Made by a program: the position numbers and the translations under genes
Assembly: GCF_035084215.1 (NCBI RefSeq)
Contig: NC_090358.1
Location: forward strand, 7,812,001-7,876,000
Source: Heptranchias perlo
Lineage: Eukaryota
Direction: 5' to 3'
DNA: 64,000 nucleotides
In this document: piece by piece, positions 50,091 to 63,888 of the stretch
Position numbering within the stretch: the stretch's first letter is position 1
How the letters are laid out: every line of letters begins with the position of its first letter
Notes under the pieces: generated by a model
Told to the model about the DNA's origin: nothing
What the model saw: the letters and a program-made list of their open reading frames with translations, nothing else
Databases searched by the model: none

Positions 50091-52028
50091 AACATAAGAA
50101 ATAGGAGCAGGAGTAGGCCATATAGCCCCTCAAGCCTGCTCCGCCATTCAATAAGATCATTGCTGATCTTCAACATCAATTCCACTTTCCTGCCTGATCC
50201 CCATATCCCTTGATTCCCCTAGAGTCCAAAAATCTATCTATCTCAGCCTTGAATATACTCAATGACTCAGCATCCACAGCCCTGTGAGGTTGAGAATTCC
50301 AGAGATTCCAAATGAGGGAAGAAATTCCTCCTCATCTCAGTCTTAAAATGGCAACCCCCTTATCCTGAGACTATGCTCCAGTTCTAGACTCTCCAGCCAG
50401 GGGAAACAACCTCTCATCTTCTACCCTGTCAAGCCCCTTCAGAATCTTGTGTCAATGAGATCACCTATCATTCTTCTAAACTCCAGAGAGTATAGGCCCC
50501 TTGTACTCAATCTCTCCTCATAGGAGAACCCTCTCATCCCTGCAATCAATCTAGTGAACCTTCATTACACCACCTCTAAGGCAAGTATATCCTTCCTTAG
50601 ATAAGGAGACCAAAACTCTATGCAGTACTCCATGTGAGGTCTCGCCAAAGCTCTGTTCAATTGTAGCAAGACTTCCTTACTCTTGTACTCCAAACCCCTT
50701 GCAATAAAGGCCAACATGCTATTTGCCTTCCTAATTGCTTGCTGTACCTGCATGCTAACTTTTTGTGTTTCTTGTACCAGGACACCCAAGTCTCTCTGGA
50801 CACCAACATTTAATAGTTTCTCACCAAATATTCTCTTTTTCTATTCTTCCTACCAAAGTGAATAACCTCACATTTCCCCACATTATACTCCATCTGCCCA
50901 ATCATATAACCTGTCTATATCCTTTTGCAGATTGTGTCCTCGTCATAACTTACTTTCCCACCTAGCTTTGTATCATCAGCAAACTTGGATACATTACACT
51001 CAGTCCTTTTATCCAAGTCATTAATAGAGGTTGTAAATAGCTGAGGCCCAAGCACTGATCCTTGCGGACCCCACTAGTTTCAGCCTGCCAACCTGAAAAT
51101 GACCCATTTATCCCTACTCTTTTTTTCTGTCCGTTAACCAATCCTCTTCCCATGCTAATATATTACCCCCAACCCCATGAGCCCTTATCTTGTGTAACAA
51201 TCTTGTGTGGCACCTTATCGAATGCCTTTTGAAAATCCAAATATACGACATCCACTGGTTCCCCTTTATCTACCCTGCTAGTTACATCCTCAAAAAGTTC
51301 TAACAGGTTTGTCAAACACGATTTCTCTTTCATAAAACCATGTTGACTCTGCCTAATCATGATGTACTACGTGCCCTGTTACCACTTCCTTAATAATGGA
51401 TTCCAACATTTTCCCAACGACTGATGTCAGGCTAACTGGCCTGTAATTCCCTGTTTTCTCTCTCCCTCCTTTCTTGAATAGCTGGGTTATACCTTCCAAT
51501 CCGCTGGAACCATTCTAGAATCTAGGGAATTTTGGAAGATCATAACCAATGCACCCACTATCTCTGCAGCCACCTCTTTTAGAACCCTCGGATGTAGGCC
51601 ATCAACTCCAGGGGATTTATCGGCTTTTAATCCAGTTAGTTTCTCAAGTATATTTTCCTCTTCTGATGATAATTACTTTAAGTTCCTCACTAATTAGCCT
51701 CTTTGTTCTCCACTATTTCTTGAATGTTTTTCATGTCTTCTACTGCAAAGACAGATACAAAATATTTGTTTAATGCAACTGCCATTTCCTGATTCCTCAT
51801 TATCATTTCTCCTGCCTCAGCCTCTAGGGGACCAACATTTACTTTTGCTATTCTCTTCCTACTTACACACTTGTAGAAGCTCTTACAATCCATTTTTATA
51901 TTGCTTGCTGGTTTACTTTTATATTCTATTTTCTCCCTTGATAATCAATTTTTTGGTTGTCCTTTGTTGGTTTCTAAAACTCTCCCAATCCTCAGGCATA
52001 CTACTCTTCTTGGCAATATTATAGGCCT
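50091..52028 (-). mobile_element. CR1 LINE, 5'-truncated, same family as 811-1741
   Basis: KSFYKCVSRKR..LNKYFVSVF; IRQSQHGFMKEKSCLTNLLE..DVVYLDFQKAFDKVPH; VQQAIRKANSMLAFIARG; 3' UTR near-identical to 820-1100. Confidence 0.93.
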
Positions 52029-53539
52029 CTTCCGCTCTCTCGCGTCTCTGCTCAGTAGATTGCACATAAAGAGAAGGGAGACAGGTTTGGCTGGGTTAGA
52101 ACAGGTTCAGAACAGGTTCATGCCAAGATTCTGAAGAAACAGGAAGAAAACCAAACCCACACAGCCAGCATCAGAAGCAACAGCTGGAGGAAGAGGATTA
52201 ATGGCCTTTTCTTGTCAAAATCATATCTAAGCTTTCGATTAAAGCGGAATGATTTTTTTTGTCGCCCAATACATATTTGTAGTAACATAATCATACTAAC
52301 CAAGAGATTAGAAAATTGTTAGACTTTGATATAACATATACTCTCACCTCTCAGGAGCAGTGCTCCATTGAGGTTACCAGGCTGATCTGAATGAAGCCTT
52401 TTCATTGGCCAAAATATTTTCCAACATTTTAATGGGTCATCTCAATTACCAGCAACAAAGGAGTTTGCCTGTTCCTGTTTACTAGGTAAGGCCATCAAGT
52501 GATATGGAGCAGTGACAGGCAGATTGAGTTGATGTACAGATCAGCCATGATCTAATTAAATGGCAGAATAAGCTTGGTAGTAGCCTACATTGTAATGAGC
52601 CTTGGTTCAATTTGCCTGACAGGCTGGGTTTATGAAGCATGATATGATGGCGTATCGAACTGAGAAACATGTCCTGCGGGTTTATCAGATATTTTTAGAA
52701 CAGCAGATTGCAAGAAGAATTTCCATTTTGTTCATTACATTAACTTTCAGTGGCCCCCCGAGTTAAGCCTTTGATCCCTTTCTTTGCAATTTTCTATAAT
52801 CCATTCTCACTCAGATTTTCTTTTTTCTCTTTACAGCAAAGCACTCAGTGTTTAAACAAACAATGTTTCCCTTTTAACGCTTCTTCTCAATCAACACATC
52901 CACTGCTAGCAATGCCTTTTAGCATTGTTTCAATCATATTCCCTATCCTCTGAAAGATGACAGATGGCATTTTGTCTACAACTGTGGAGGATGACATCAA
53001 AATGCCAGTGCCTAATAACCTTATAAGCAGGATTGTACTTTCTGTAAAATGCAAAATGGATTTTTCAGTAGAAAGCTGTTGTCAGCTGATACAACAACAA
53101 CTTTGAACTAGTGTCAATCTTATAAAACAATCTCGCTTTCAGGTGATATGAAAATCTACATCAAGAAGAATCTTCTCTCTGCACAGCTGTCGGCAGCACT
53201 TTCAGCAGCAGAGAAAGACAACAGAGATAGCTAACATAGTGAAACAAGTAACATGCCCCAGAAAGGATAATTTCCCACAATGATATAGATTATAAATAAT
53301 TGGGAGCGTGTCCAAGACCATAACATACTAGCTGTGGATCCCATTTATAAACTGCTTAAACTCTGTTTTTGTACCTCATCATCTGAATCTTTGGGTAGGG
53401 TATAGACTTACCAATATTTACAGACTCTGCTACTCCCCTTACAAGCAGAAGCAGAAACTACCAACAGCTCAAGACTGGTTCTAATGAAGGGAGCCCTTCT
53501 GTTTTTCTATTAGAGCATGCAGATGTTTTTATAATGAGT

Positions 53540-53810
53540 TGAGTGTCCTGCCATCATCCTTCCTGTCAAAGCCTTCCGGCTGTTTGATCATCCTGTGTAA
53601 AGAAGTGCTTCCTGGCATCAGTGCTAAACATGCATTCATAACTCAATATGTACCCTCTTGCTCCTTTGGCATAGCAAAGTACTGTTTTGTTTCCTTTCCC
53701 TATTGTGTTAAGTATATTGTATATTTCTACAAGGTGTTCTCTGAATCTTTTGAGGCTTATCAAGTCAATCATTCTTCATAGCTCATCTCCCTAATACCAG
53801 GGATCAGCTT
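53540..53810 (-). mobile_element. Old CR1 3' fragment
   Basis: LISLKRFREHLVEIYNIL..ARKHFFTQ. Confidence 0.6.
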
Positions 53811-56407
53811 CACTCCTCAATGAAGTTCCAATCACGTGGTATAATAGCACTTGAGTTCAAATCACTGCCTGACGTCCACTTCTGTCTATGACTTGGCACA
53901 AAAGTAAAAGCCGTTTGAGAACGGAATAAAACTAGCCACACAAATTTCAGCTATATAGAACCAAATGGAGCACACAACACATCTCGGAGTTCAGGTGACA
54001 TTAAAACTGCTTGATCTTCAATGTCATGGTTTATGATGCTATCTGAGCTGCTTCACATGCAATATTCTCGAGGCTATGTCTTATCCTATAAGTAACGCAC
54101 TGTGGCCATCTGTTCTCTATTGTCATGTTTCCCTATGACAAAATCCCAACTCTGCAGGCAAGTAGTGGTGGACTGAGCGGAGCGGTCTGATTTACAACTC
54201 TCAACGGTGCTGCTCCAAAGCCAATTTTACATTTTAAAAATAAGTGCTTGCATATGCTGCACATTGATTGCTATGCATGCAAATACTTCTAAAAACCAAA
54301 CACCCACAAGTTTTCGTTATTGTATTGGTATCTAGCAGTGTATTTTTGCTTTTGTACTTTGCAGCATCTTTTCAGTAAATAAATCTGGCCAAATAATTTT
54401 ACCCTGTATGTATCGGTTTGTAGGTGTGTTATTATCTAGCTTCTCATAATGGAAGAACATTATGGGCATTCCATGTATCATCAATTTGGGGTTAACCTAT
54501 TTGCCAGAGATTAAAGACACAAATTTCGGTTCAGAAACGGTTCTGATTATGGAGACTGTCTTCTAGCTGTCAACCTGAATAGTTGCTTATGAAGAAGCCT
54601 GAACTGTTTAACATGCATTTCATGTTGATGGTGGAGTCCCTGCTATAGACTGGCATTGCAAATAACCCCAATGTGTTTAGTTTGGTAAAGTAGAAGTCAT
54701 TTTTCATTCATGAGTACTGGAATAAAGATTGTTAATTTACATTAAAAGCATGAGTGGATAACCACCTCCCCCACCCAGCAAAAAACAGGCACTAAATTTA
54801 CAGCAGCTGGTTTTTGAATGGTCATTGACCATGAAATTAGCAGTTCATAACCAGAAAATAGGATGTTTGAGATTGCAACTAATGGCTTCAATATGCAAAT
54901 TAAGAGTCCATAATGCAGCATTTTCCATCATATTATCCAGCTAACTGCTGTAATCCATTAAATAACATCGCAATTGCATCACATTACAGCAGAGATTGGT
55001 TTTTTTACATTGAAATCTGAAAGTCTTAAGTGTTTACGATAGGAATAATCAACTGAATTATTTATTTAGTTTGCCTCAAAAGTAGCTCATTAGGCACTAA
55101 TTTGTCCACCATTAATTTTCTGAGGACTGAATCACTCTATTCAGTTTCTACATTTAATTTTGGAGAGATGAACAAGTACCACAAAATACTGTTCAGAATG
55201 ATAAGATTACAAAAGCAAATATGCCACAATAGTATATTTCACATTTGATACATAGATTAGAAAATGGAAAAGATTAGGGACATAGGAATGTACAGGACTC
55301 CACAAGACCACTGCAGTCTATCTGCTCAGTCCTGAAGTTAAAAGAAGTCACCATTTATCTCTCTAGCTCTGTCCCTCATCATTTCCTTCACCAAAAATCT
55401 ATCCAAATTCCTTTTGTATTTCCCTAAACTATCCACACATTCGAGACTTTCTGAGAGACGTAGTTAAATCTAAACTATCTTCTCCCTTATGAGCTCAAGT
55501 CTGTGCCCTGGTTAGTTTTAATGGGTGTAATACTAACTATAGATTTATGACAAAAACTGACTGTACTGTACAGTCCTTTTGCTTTCATTCAAAAATGAAT
55601 GGGCAGTCCTGCTTGAGCATGTATGCCTACCAGCTGGCTAAATGAAGAGCTGCATCGACATGTCCATGTTGGCTTAGAGGAACCAAAATGTTTTGCTGGT
55701 GAGCAGTGAGACAATTCCTATTCTACTGACTTATACTCTAGGGTTGGAACTTGCTATTTTTACATCCCCACTGTAAAGAAATACATTTCCCAGATTTTGA
55801 TGGGAATATTGTATGGCAAGTGCTGAAACTCACCAATGGAGATTATTTTTGATTACAAATTAGTGTGCAATCACCAATGACCTGTGCTTGCAAGTATAGG
55901 CGTGTGGATGTTAGGTGGGTGAGGTCAGGGTAAATGCCAATACTTTTGGTTGTAGTGTGCAAGGGAGAAAGGGGAAGGTGAAAGGAAAAATTTAGTGTTA
56001 AATAAAACCACGATATCCTTGGAAGGGTCAACAAACTAAGAAAACAAAATAAAATCTATTTGTAGGGAGCTTGTCTTTGCCTAATTACTTTTCTTATCCC
56101 AGTTGACAAGTCAGTCTTGTGACTGTGCTTATGCTGAATGCCAAAGGGAAAAGCTGAACCAGACCTCACTTAAAATAGTATGAGTGACTTCTGCTAGAAT
56201 ACAGTATAAAGTGCTATATTTCTTAGCGCATAGGGTAACTGGACCATGAGATGCCTCATTGCAGGATTTGCTATTTCACTAGGAAAGTATTCTTCATGAC
56301 ATGCATTAAAATAACTGATATTTAAATTACTCTATACGTGTACTTTTTATATTAAAACACTAGTGTCACTGAGATTTGGGGGAAATTGGGAAAATTCTAC
56401 GATGTAC

Positions 56408-56542
56408 CTGCTGTACTTTACATCAAACACTGTTGCATCTTCGTCATCGTCATTATCTTCATTGAGCGGAGTCATTTCCACCTTTTCTGCTGGAGTTGTA
56501 ATAATATCATACTTCCTCGTTTTTCTGAGTTTTCTTCTAGAC
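56408..56542 (-). CDS. FAM174B: FAM174B coding exon 2 (cytoplasmic tail)
   Basis: [44 protein letters not shown](R), matching the FAM174 tail motif [18 protein letters not shown]...TVFD.KY; CCCTCAG acceptor, AG|GTACAT donor. Confidence 0.95.
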
Positions 56543-59500
56543 CTGAGGGTAAGAATATGTGTTTATTCACAAAGCAGAAGTGATCACTAAAGGTGTGTCT
56601 ATTCCATCTGAATAAAGGCATGAGAACTAGCCATTGCGCACTTAATATTGGAGTGATAAAAAGTACTGGCAGTACAATACAAGCCTAAAGGAATCCACCA
56701 GGAAAAAAAAGAGCCTCTTTGGCCACTGTTTACAGAGAAGCAGCGCATGGCAATCTCAGCATTGAGCCTCAGTGATGAAGAAAAATTAATGATCCTGACT
56801 GCGATAGCAGTGACCTCATGGTGAAAAGTTTATTCCTAAATAATTTGTCTTTGGTAATGAACTCATCAAACAAATGCCAGAGATCACGAGGGTGTAAGAA
56901 AACAGAACAAAAAAAAAAAGTTTCTTGGCCCATCCTGTCCATTCATTCCATAAAAGGTTATATACAATTTACATTACCAACTTAACCTCTCGGGGGGTGG
57001 GGCATGGTAGGGGTGAGGGAGTGAAAGTGCAAGGGAACACTCAAAGATGAAAGTGTGAAATTCCTCCCTGATTTCCAAAACTAATCAATCATAAATTCCA
57101 TTGTACAAATCCAACATTACTAATGATGTTATTGACTCCTTATCAGTTGTTTTCTACAGTAGTCCCAGGGCTGTACCACAGCTGCATACAAGGACCACAC
57201 TGTTGTATTAATATTTGATCATCAGTTTACATGTTTCCTCTAACTTTCAATCCCATGTTAGGTATTGGATGCAACCCTTTTTCCAAAAAGAGTTAATTGA
57301 CCTCACATCTATTGTGTGCGAGAAACAATTCTCCTGATCTCTAGTTTGACTTGGTGCTCATTCATTTTGTATTTGTGTCTGCCAGTTCTACCCTAAAGGC
57401 CAAGTTAAACAACAGATATACCTACATTATCCAAATCTTGAGACTAGAATTATGCTCCTTCTCAATATACTTGTCACCAATAAAAACAAGTTCAATTCTG
57501 TGAGCTTCTTTCTTTTTGTAACTTAAAACTCAAAGCCTTAGAATCATCCTGACCATTCTTCTCTAAACTCTCTCCAGTTCATCAGTCTCTAATGTGTCGG
57601 ATCCTAGAGCACTCTTTTCAAAAGGAATGGGGGAAGGGTCCTGGGAGTTCCTTCAGTACAAAATACACATCCCCCAAATGCCTCCCAACCCACCACCACC
57701 CCCTCTAACAAATGTTTTTTAAAAAATTCCTGTCCCTATTTTATACCAGTTATTGAATTGAAAGCAAGTTTCTCCCCTGCATTTCAAGTCTTCATTTGTA
57801 TTACTAACTTTCTGGGATGTACATTACATTTCTGAAAATAGAAAGAAAGTGTGCCCCAGAAAGGAAATTTTCCCACTATTCCCTGGAGAAGTGGTTCATC
57901 TCTTGTTGAGTGCCTCAGAGCTTGGGAACTTTCAACATCATGCCAAAATACATCAGCACACTAACAGATTGCCCATGTCAAGATAGATTTGAATAAAAAC
58001 TTTTATAATGTAGTTGCATGACCTATTTATGACACAGGATCAGCTGTACAAATGAATTTTACAACAAAAGAACCTGTTGTGTCTGTACTTTGTGTACTTC
58101 TTTAAATCCATGCATTTCTGGGCAGTCTGGAACATAACAGAATTGGCAGTATTGCACAAGTCCTCAAATGGCCCTTTGGTTGCTAACAATGTCTTCATTG
58201 ACAAAAACTCCAAGAAATAAAAGTGAGCTGGAGATTTTATTTTACAAAACGCTGGTATTTTAATTGCCCATCTGGTCAGTTGCTAGGACGTGTGCAAGGA
58301 CAAGCTGGGAAGAATTTGCTCTCATGGGGAAAAAAAATTGGAATCATCTTCTCCTCTTTCCAAATACTGGGAGCTTACATAATGGGGAAATTAATAGTTC
58401 AACCTTCACATTACCACTCCATTGCTAAGTAAGTTGGTGAACCAATAGCTTACATTCACCAGATTCTAATTTTTTAAAAAAGATAGACCAGCAATCAATA
58501 TAAATGGAGTTGCAAACAGATAATCTCTCACATTTCCACTGAGAAACTAAGGTGGAAAGCCAGGGCTAATATTGTAATCACTATCAAGGTTAATAAAAGG
58601 AGAGTAGACAAGACAAATTAAGTACTGGGGGCTAGGTGACATCAAAAGGTGATTTTAAAAGCTTGTACATTTAAGATGAAGGGTAGAATTAGGAGTGGTG
58701 GAGACTTCAAGTTTTCATGTCCTGGGAAAAATAAGTTACCCTAGTACAATGAGTCTCGACTTCAATAAACAGAATGCAAGAAGGAGGTATATCTCAGGTG
58801 GTGAGTTTGGAGCAAAGGAGGAACAAGGGGACAAAGTTCATAACAGCAACATAATAATACACCATAGTAGTATAGATAGAACAGAGACAAGAAGGACTGA
58901 GGCAGAGAGAGTAGGGTAACCAACCTTCACCCAGTTTAAGACCAAAATGGATTCAGAGAATTTAAAAAACTTGTAGCACATGGCCAGCTCCATTCATGAA
59001 TACAGCAGTTTCTTAATACAATCAAAATTTGCAGTGCAATTTTCAAACAGAATTACTGGGCAGCCACAAGTAACTTGCAACCTAGAGCACAATTGTGATA
59101 TCTAGCTGCTGTCTTGCCTAGCACACTGCATATTGCAGCCATTCCCAGACACAGCACTGGATCATTTTGAACAGGAGACATGAGTGCATATCAAAACATT
59201 AAATCTTACATCTGCTCACACATCCGGTCACCCTGTCATTACAAATTCCTTTGTCCAAACTTGTCATGCTGTAATTACATCTCATTCTAGCAAAGGTGCT
59301 GCAGCACAGCCATTGGTAGCAGCATGCAACTACAGCATGACAAGTTTACATAAGCAGTTTCCATTATAAAAGTCAACATATGAAATTTATATTGGAAATA
59401 TTTTTTTTAATGCATGACTTTAAAATAAGGAGTGAATTAAATCAGCACATCCTGATCCAATTATACCCAGCCTCTAACCCTATTAGACCAGAAGACTATA

Positions 59501-59851
59501 CTTTTGGTCTCAACTCCATGTGCAACACTACTGGAGATTGACAAGTAACATTAAAAATCTTACATCTGAGCCCATTTGCTAATCTTATATCTCCATATTT
59601 GTAAAGGAAGCTAACTCTATAAAATGTAAACGCCACCCCTACAGGGCTGGAGGGAGTGATTACAACACGCGAGGTTTAGTTAGTTTCCCTTATTAAATGT
59701 AATCATGAGAATTGAATAGAAATGTAAACTACAGAATGTTGTTATGACCTTAAATTGGTGCCTGAGTTGTACCTGCACACCCTGGTCAAATATCCCCTCT
59801 CCCTTAAGCCTGCTTCACCTGAAAGCTACACTTGGGGCTTCACTCTCGGTA

Positions 59852-59875
59852 ACACACACACACACACACACACAC
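59852..59875 (-). repeat. (GT)12 microsatellite at the start of FAM174B intron 1
   Basis: (AC)12 on +, ~36 nt into the intron. Confidence 0.9.
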
Positions 59876-59911
59876 CTCCCCAGTTGCAGCAGTAGCCCCC
59901 AGATACAGTAC

Positions 59912-60165
59912 CTGATTACTCTGACCAGCAGGCACAGGATGAGGAGAAAGGCCCCGGCGGAGGCGGCCAGCACCAGGTTCTTGAAGGTGGAGAAGTGGCG
60001 CACGATGGAGGTGACGCTGTCGAAGGCCGTGGCGGTGCCGTTGCCGTTGCCAGGGGCGGCGGGTAACCCAGTCCGGTTGAGGAGCGCGGGGGCCGCAGCC
60101 AAGGCGGTGCTGGCAGCAGACGGGCTGTAGAGCATCGCCAGCGCGCACAGCCACCAACGGCACAT
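59912..60165 (-). CDS. FAM174B: FAM174B coding exon 1 (signal peptide, short ectodomain, TM helix)
   Basis: GCCATG start; MCRWWLCALAMLYSPSAA...KNLVLAASAGAFLLILCLLVRVI(R); AG|GTACTG donor, phase 2; synteny with ST8SIA2. Confidence 0.9.
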
Positions 60166-60371
60166 GGCCGATCCTCGCCCAAGCCGCAGGTGATCGCTGA
60201 GGGACTCCACCTTCATGAGGCCGCGCCGCTTTACTGTCACTGTCCCGGGCTAAGAGGGGTGTTTCCTCGGCCCAGGGTTGCAGGCCGCTGAGCGGAACGA
60301 CAAGCTCCGCGGGTTTGAGGCGACGCGCTGTTTGTACAGTCAGCTGCGCGCCAGGACGAGGCTAGGGCGGC

Positions 60372-60691
60372 GTTGCCAACTCTGGTTGGACGCATTCCTG
60401 GAGCTTTCGATCACATGACCTCCCTCTTCAAGACGCCCCGCCCCCCCACGCTCTCGCCATTGGTGGACGAACACGTCCATCCTCGGGAGGCACCGCCTTC
60501 CCTCGTCAATTGGCTGATTCTGAAACTGTCAATCAAACAGCCTCCAATTTTTTTTTAGATTAACGACCTTCCAATTTTTTTTTTAAGATAACGAGTGCTC
60601 AAAGAAACTTTCTTTTAAACGCCCAATGATGTTTCTTTTAATCACAGATTGCTGGCAGCAACGTTCTTCCCATTCCTGGAGAGTTGGCAAC
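60372..60691. mobile_element. MITE-like element inside the promoter
   Basis: Perfect 12-bp inverted termini GTTGCCAACTCT (60372-60383) / AGAGTTGGCAAC (60680-60691). Confidence 0.6.
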
Positions 60692-60977
60692 TCTCGGCTC
60701 CGGTGTGGGGTGTAGTGACGTGTTGCTGCTGCGAGCCTTTGTGCGCCTGCGCCAACGGCGTCGCCACGTGACCGGACCGTTGACTGACTCGAAGGGTCTT
60801 GTCGCTCGTGCGCGGGGTTTAAAAAATTAATTGGAGAGGGGCGTCGGCCCGGCGGGGTTTCGTTTTATTTCATTTATGTGACTTTTTTTTAAAAAAAAAG
60901 GGGGCAAGGTTATATTTACTGTCGATGAATATGTGCCGGAAGTTGTGCATCCCCGCTGCTAAGATGCATTGACTGAC

Positions 60978-61019
60978 ATGGAAGAGTTTGTGAGAGAGTT
61001 TGGGGAGCTGAGCAATGCT
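60978..61019 (+). CDS. Candidate first coding exon of an unidentified divergent gene (MEEFVREFGELSNA)
   Basis: GACATGG Kozak-like start; GCT|GTGAGT consensus donor, phase 0. Confidence 0.35.
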
Positions 61020-62114
61020 GTGAGTGTGACGCTCCTAATACCCGTCACTTTACATTGATTTAACTAAAATAACTTGGATGAATCCATAATAAAAAGTTGG
61101 TATGTCTCTTGGACAATCATATTGGCAATGAGTGAACCTTCCCATTGGTCACCTCATTGGCCACTTGTGGCCAAGCGACCACCCATGTTGCTTTCTGGCA
61201 GTTTCACTTGGTCCCAGGTTGAATGAACTGCTTTGCTGGGTTTGGTCACCAAGGCGTGTGGGTCAGGATTCAGATTCAACAGGTCTCATTGTAACACAGT
61301 AGTGGCTGGCTCCTTCCCAACTCGAGCTGATAGAGCTGTTGCCGGGTAGTGAGTGATTGGGGGCAGGCATTCTGCAGTGGCTGTGTGGTGGATTGGACTT
61401 AATGACTATTAGTTGGTGCTAGGGGCTACATAAAAATAAGGTTGTCTGCATAAGTTGAGCAGCTTTCAATGCACAAGCAATGATGCTCTTTCTACAGTAG
61501 TTAGAGTTCTTGTTTTGCTAGTTATCTCCAGTAGGTTGTGGTCGCCATGGCTCCATTTGTTGAGCTCCTAGGTTTGGAGGGCGGCTCCAATGACGAACCT
61601 GTTCTGGAATAAGCAAAAAGACTTGAACATATAATACAGCTCCAGAAATGGACCAGCAGTTGACCTCATTTTAGAGCTCTCTTTGAATACGTACATTAAG
61701 CACTGTCAAGTCAACTACAGCATATAGTTAGATGCAGACTAAAACTCCCTCCATTCTGATCTTAAGGACTGGGTGATGGTGGTGAACTCAATGGTAGTAG
61801 TCCAAAAATGCAATTGGAGATAGAAGAGGGGCAGAGGATGGGACTTTAGCTGATGAGGTGTGTGTGTGCATGTATGTACCGTGAATTCTCGTTTACCACT
61901 GTGTCGTTTATGACTGCCTTGAAAGTGGGGAAAAAAAAGTAATATCAGAACCAGTACTTTGTAAAATGCCTGTTGTAACAGATTTGTGTTGGTGTCCTAA
62001 ATACAGTTTTGCTGTGCCTCAGGATCATCGCAGTTATGGAGCTGTGGTTTAGAATAACTTTACACATTGAGATGCTGGCTGTGAGATTACATTCTTTCTT
62101 GTATTGCCCTACAG

Positions 62115-62305
62115 GAAGTTCAGTGGCTCCAAAATTTGTACAGGTTTACAGGAAAGAACCTCATTTCTGTAGCACTGGATTCTAAAATTACCTGCAAGGA
62201 GTTGAGCAGCTATCTTTTTCAATGCCTGTGCAGAATTTGTCACCATTGCAGTAATCCTTGTTGCCATCAAGGAAACGATGGACTGATTCTACCCTTAAGC
62301 TACAG
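62115..62305 (+). CDS. Candidate exon 2 of the divergent gene (191 nt, Cys/His-rich)
   Basis: TTCTTTCTTGTATTGCCCTACAG acceptor, CAG|GTACTG donor; only the phase-0 frame is open across the exon. Confidence 0.4.
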
Positions 62306-63389
62306 GTACTGTAAATAACAAATCTAATTACATTCTTGGCATAGTTCTGTTCTGATGAAGGGGCCTATCAAAAACATAATCTATCTTCCTTTCAGTTACT
62401 GATTGACTTGTGCATTTGAAACATTTCCTGCTATCCAGCACTACAGTTTCAGTCATGAAACAGCATAGCTGCCAAGCTTAAGAGCACTTGCTTTAAACTG
62501 TGATGCTGGAGAGTTTGTGTCCTATGGCTTGCTTTAATTCATTAGCGCCGTTTATGATGAATTTTGTCCCACTCTTGGCTGAGTTTCTAGATGGTGTGTA
62601 GCTCCTGAGCAAAGGAATTATTCTGTGGCAGGGAGGATGCAGTAGACGCTTGACTTCAGGCTCCAGGCTGCCTGGGGCGATTGGATTGTGTTGGTGCAAG
62701 AGAGGAATGTTGTGAGGAAAAGCCTTTAAGCTTACGAAGCTATGCGATTAATGCAATCCACATAGTTTTAAATCTGTATGATATCTGGGATAAATGTCTG
62801 CTCCCAAATTGTGTTTAAACAATTATTTTAAATTTTCTGAGATTGAATACATTGTTACTGGGAATATTATTAACCAGTGTACTTAAATGCACAAATCACA
62901 ACATAATTCTGCTGGGGAAAGGCTATAGGGCTCGTCACAGTTGCAGTCCTAATCAAAGCTATGTTGTTGTCATGATTTCCCACAATCTTCCAGGTAGAGT
63001 CGTGGAGACAAAAACTTGGGAATCATTCAGGAGGCATTTAAGTGCTATAATGAAGAGATCATAGATTCTGTACAGGGATGAATCAGATGGGATGATGGCC
63101 TCCCTCATCTTTGTGTATTTCAAGGCCCCTGCCATGTGCTGATTTATTCAGTGACTTGTGACTTGAATCTAATTTATGGATCCAGTTGTATTTGTAATAT
63201 ATTAAGAAAGAATTTGCTTTTATACAGCCCCTTATCCTATCCTCAGGTCATTCACTGACCGGTGTTGGATTTGTTCATGTGCCAAGATATTGAATAGCTG
63301 AAAATTGCTATTCACACATGAGCAGGTGCAAAAAAGAACCTTGCCCCCTATGATTACAAATCTACTGTTTGTTAACCAGAGATGAAAGG

Positions 63390-63752
63390 AAAAACTGCTA
63401 ATGTTGGAAATCTGAAAGAACACCCCAAAATGCTGGGAATGAACAGCAGGTCAGTCATTCCCTGAAAGGTAAAAGGCAGGTTAGTGTTTTGATGGGAAAT
63501 TCTTCATTGCAACCAGTGAAGGTAGGCTGGAGATCATCCCCCCCCCACCCCCCCCAACCCCCCCAACCCCCCCCAATCGGTGTCACTAAAATGGGAAGGG
63601 GGGGATTTAGGTCAAGAGTTCAGATATTTAACTACTTTTGAAGGGGATGTTGGGAGATCCTGTTACCAGTTCTGATAAAGGTTCCATTTGTCTTTCCTCT
63701 TTCAGATGCTGACAGAAACGCTATGTATTTACAGAATTTTCAGTTTTTATTT
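63390..63752. mobile_element. Old inverted pair of PLE termini around a C-run tract
   Basis: AAAATGCTGGGAAT..AGCAGGTCAG..TTCTTCATTGCAACCAG, mirrored by CCAGTTCTGATAAAGG..CAGATGCTGAC..ATTTTCAGTTTTTATTT. Confidence 0.5.
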
Positions 63753-63888
63753 TAGCTAGTTAATAATTACGTGTCATCTGATTAAGACTTCTATATCATT
63801 GTCATGTTGATAAGTGTTAATTTAGAGTGGGTAGAGTTCAGATTGACGACCTCTTCCTGCCCAATAAATAAGGATGATTCTGTTGCAG

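Larger units (their letters stand above)
60170..61020. promoter_or_regulatory. CpG-rich, probably bidirectional promoter upstream of FAM174B
   Basis: CpG-dense; GC box CCCCGCCCCC (~60436), CCAAT/ATTGG boxes, CRE-like GTGACGT (60715), NRF1-type TGCGCCTGCGC (60742-60752), E-box CACGTGAC (60765), ETS CCGGAAGT (60936-60943). Confidence 0.7.

Noticed and set aside
59744-60182. Overlapping alternative-frame ORFs at FAM174B exon 1
   Set aside because: Expected in GC-rich, stop-poor sequence; only one frame gives signal peptide + TM and splices to exon 2.
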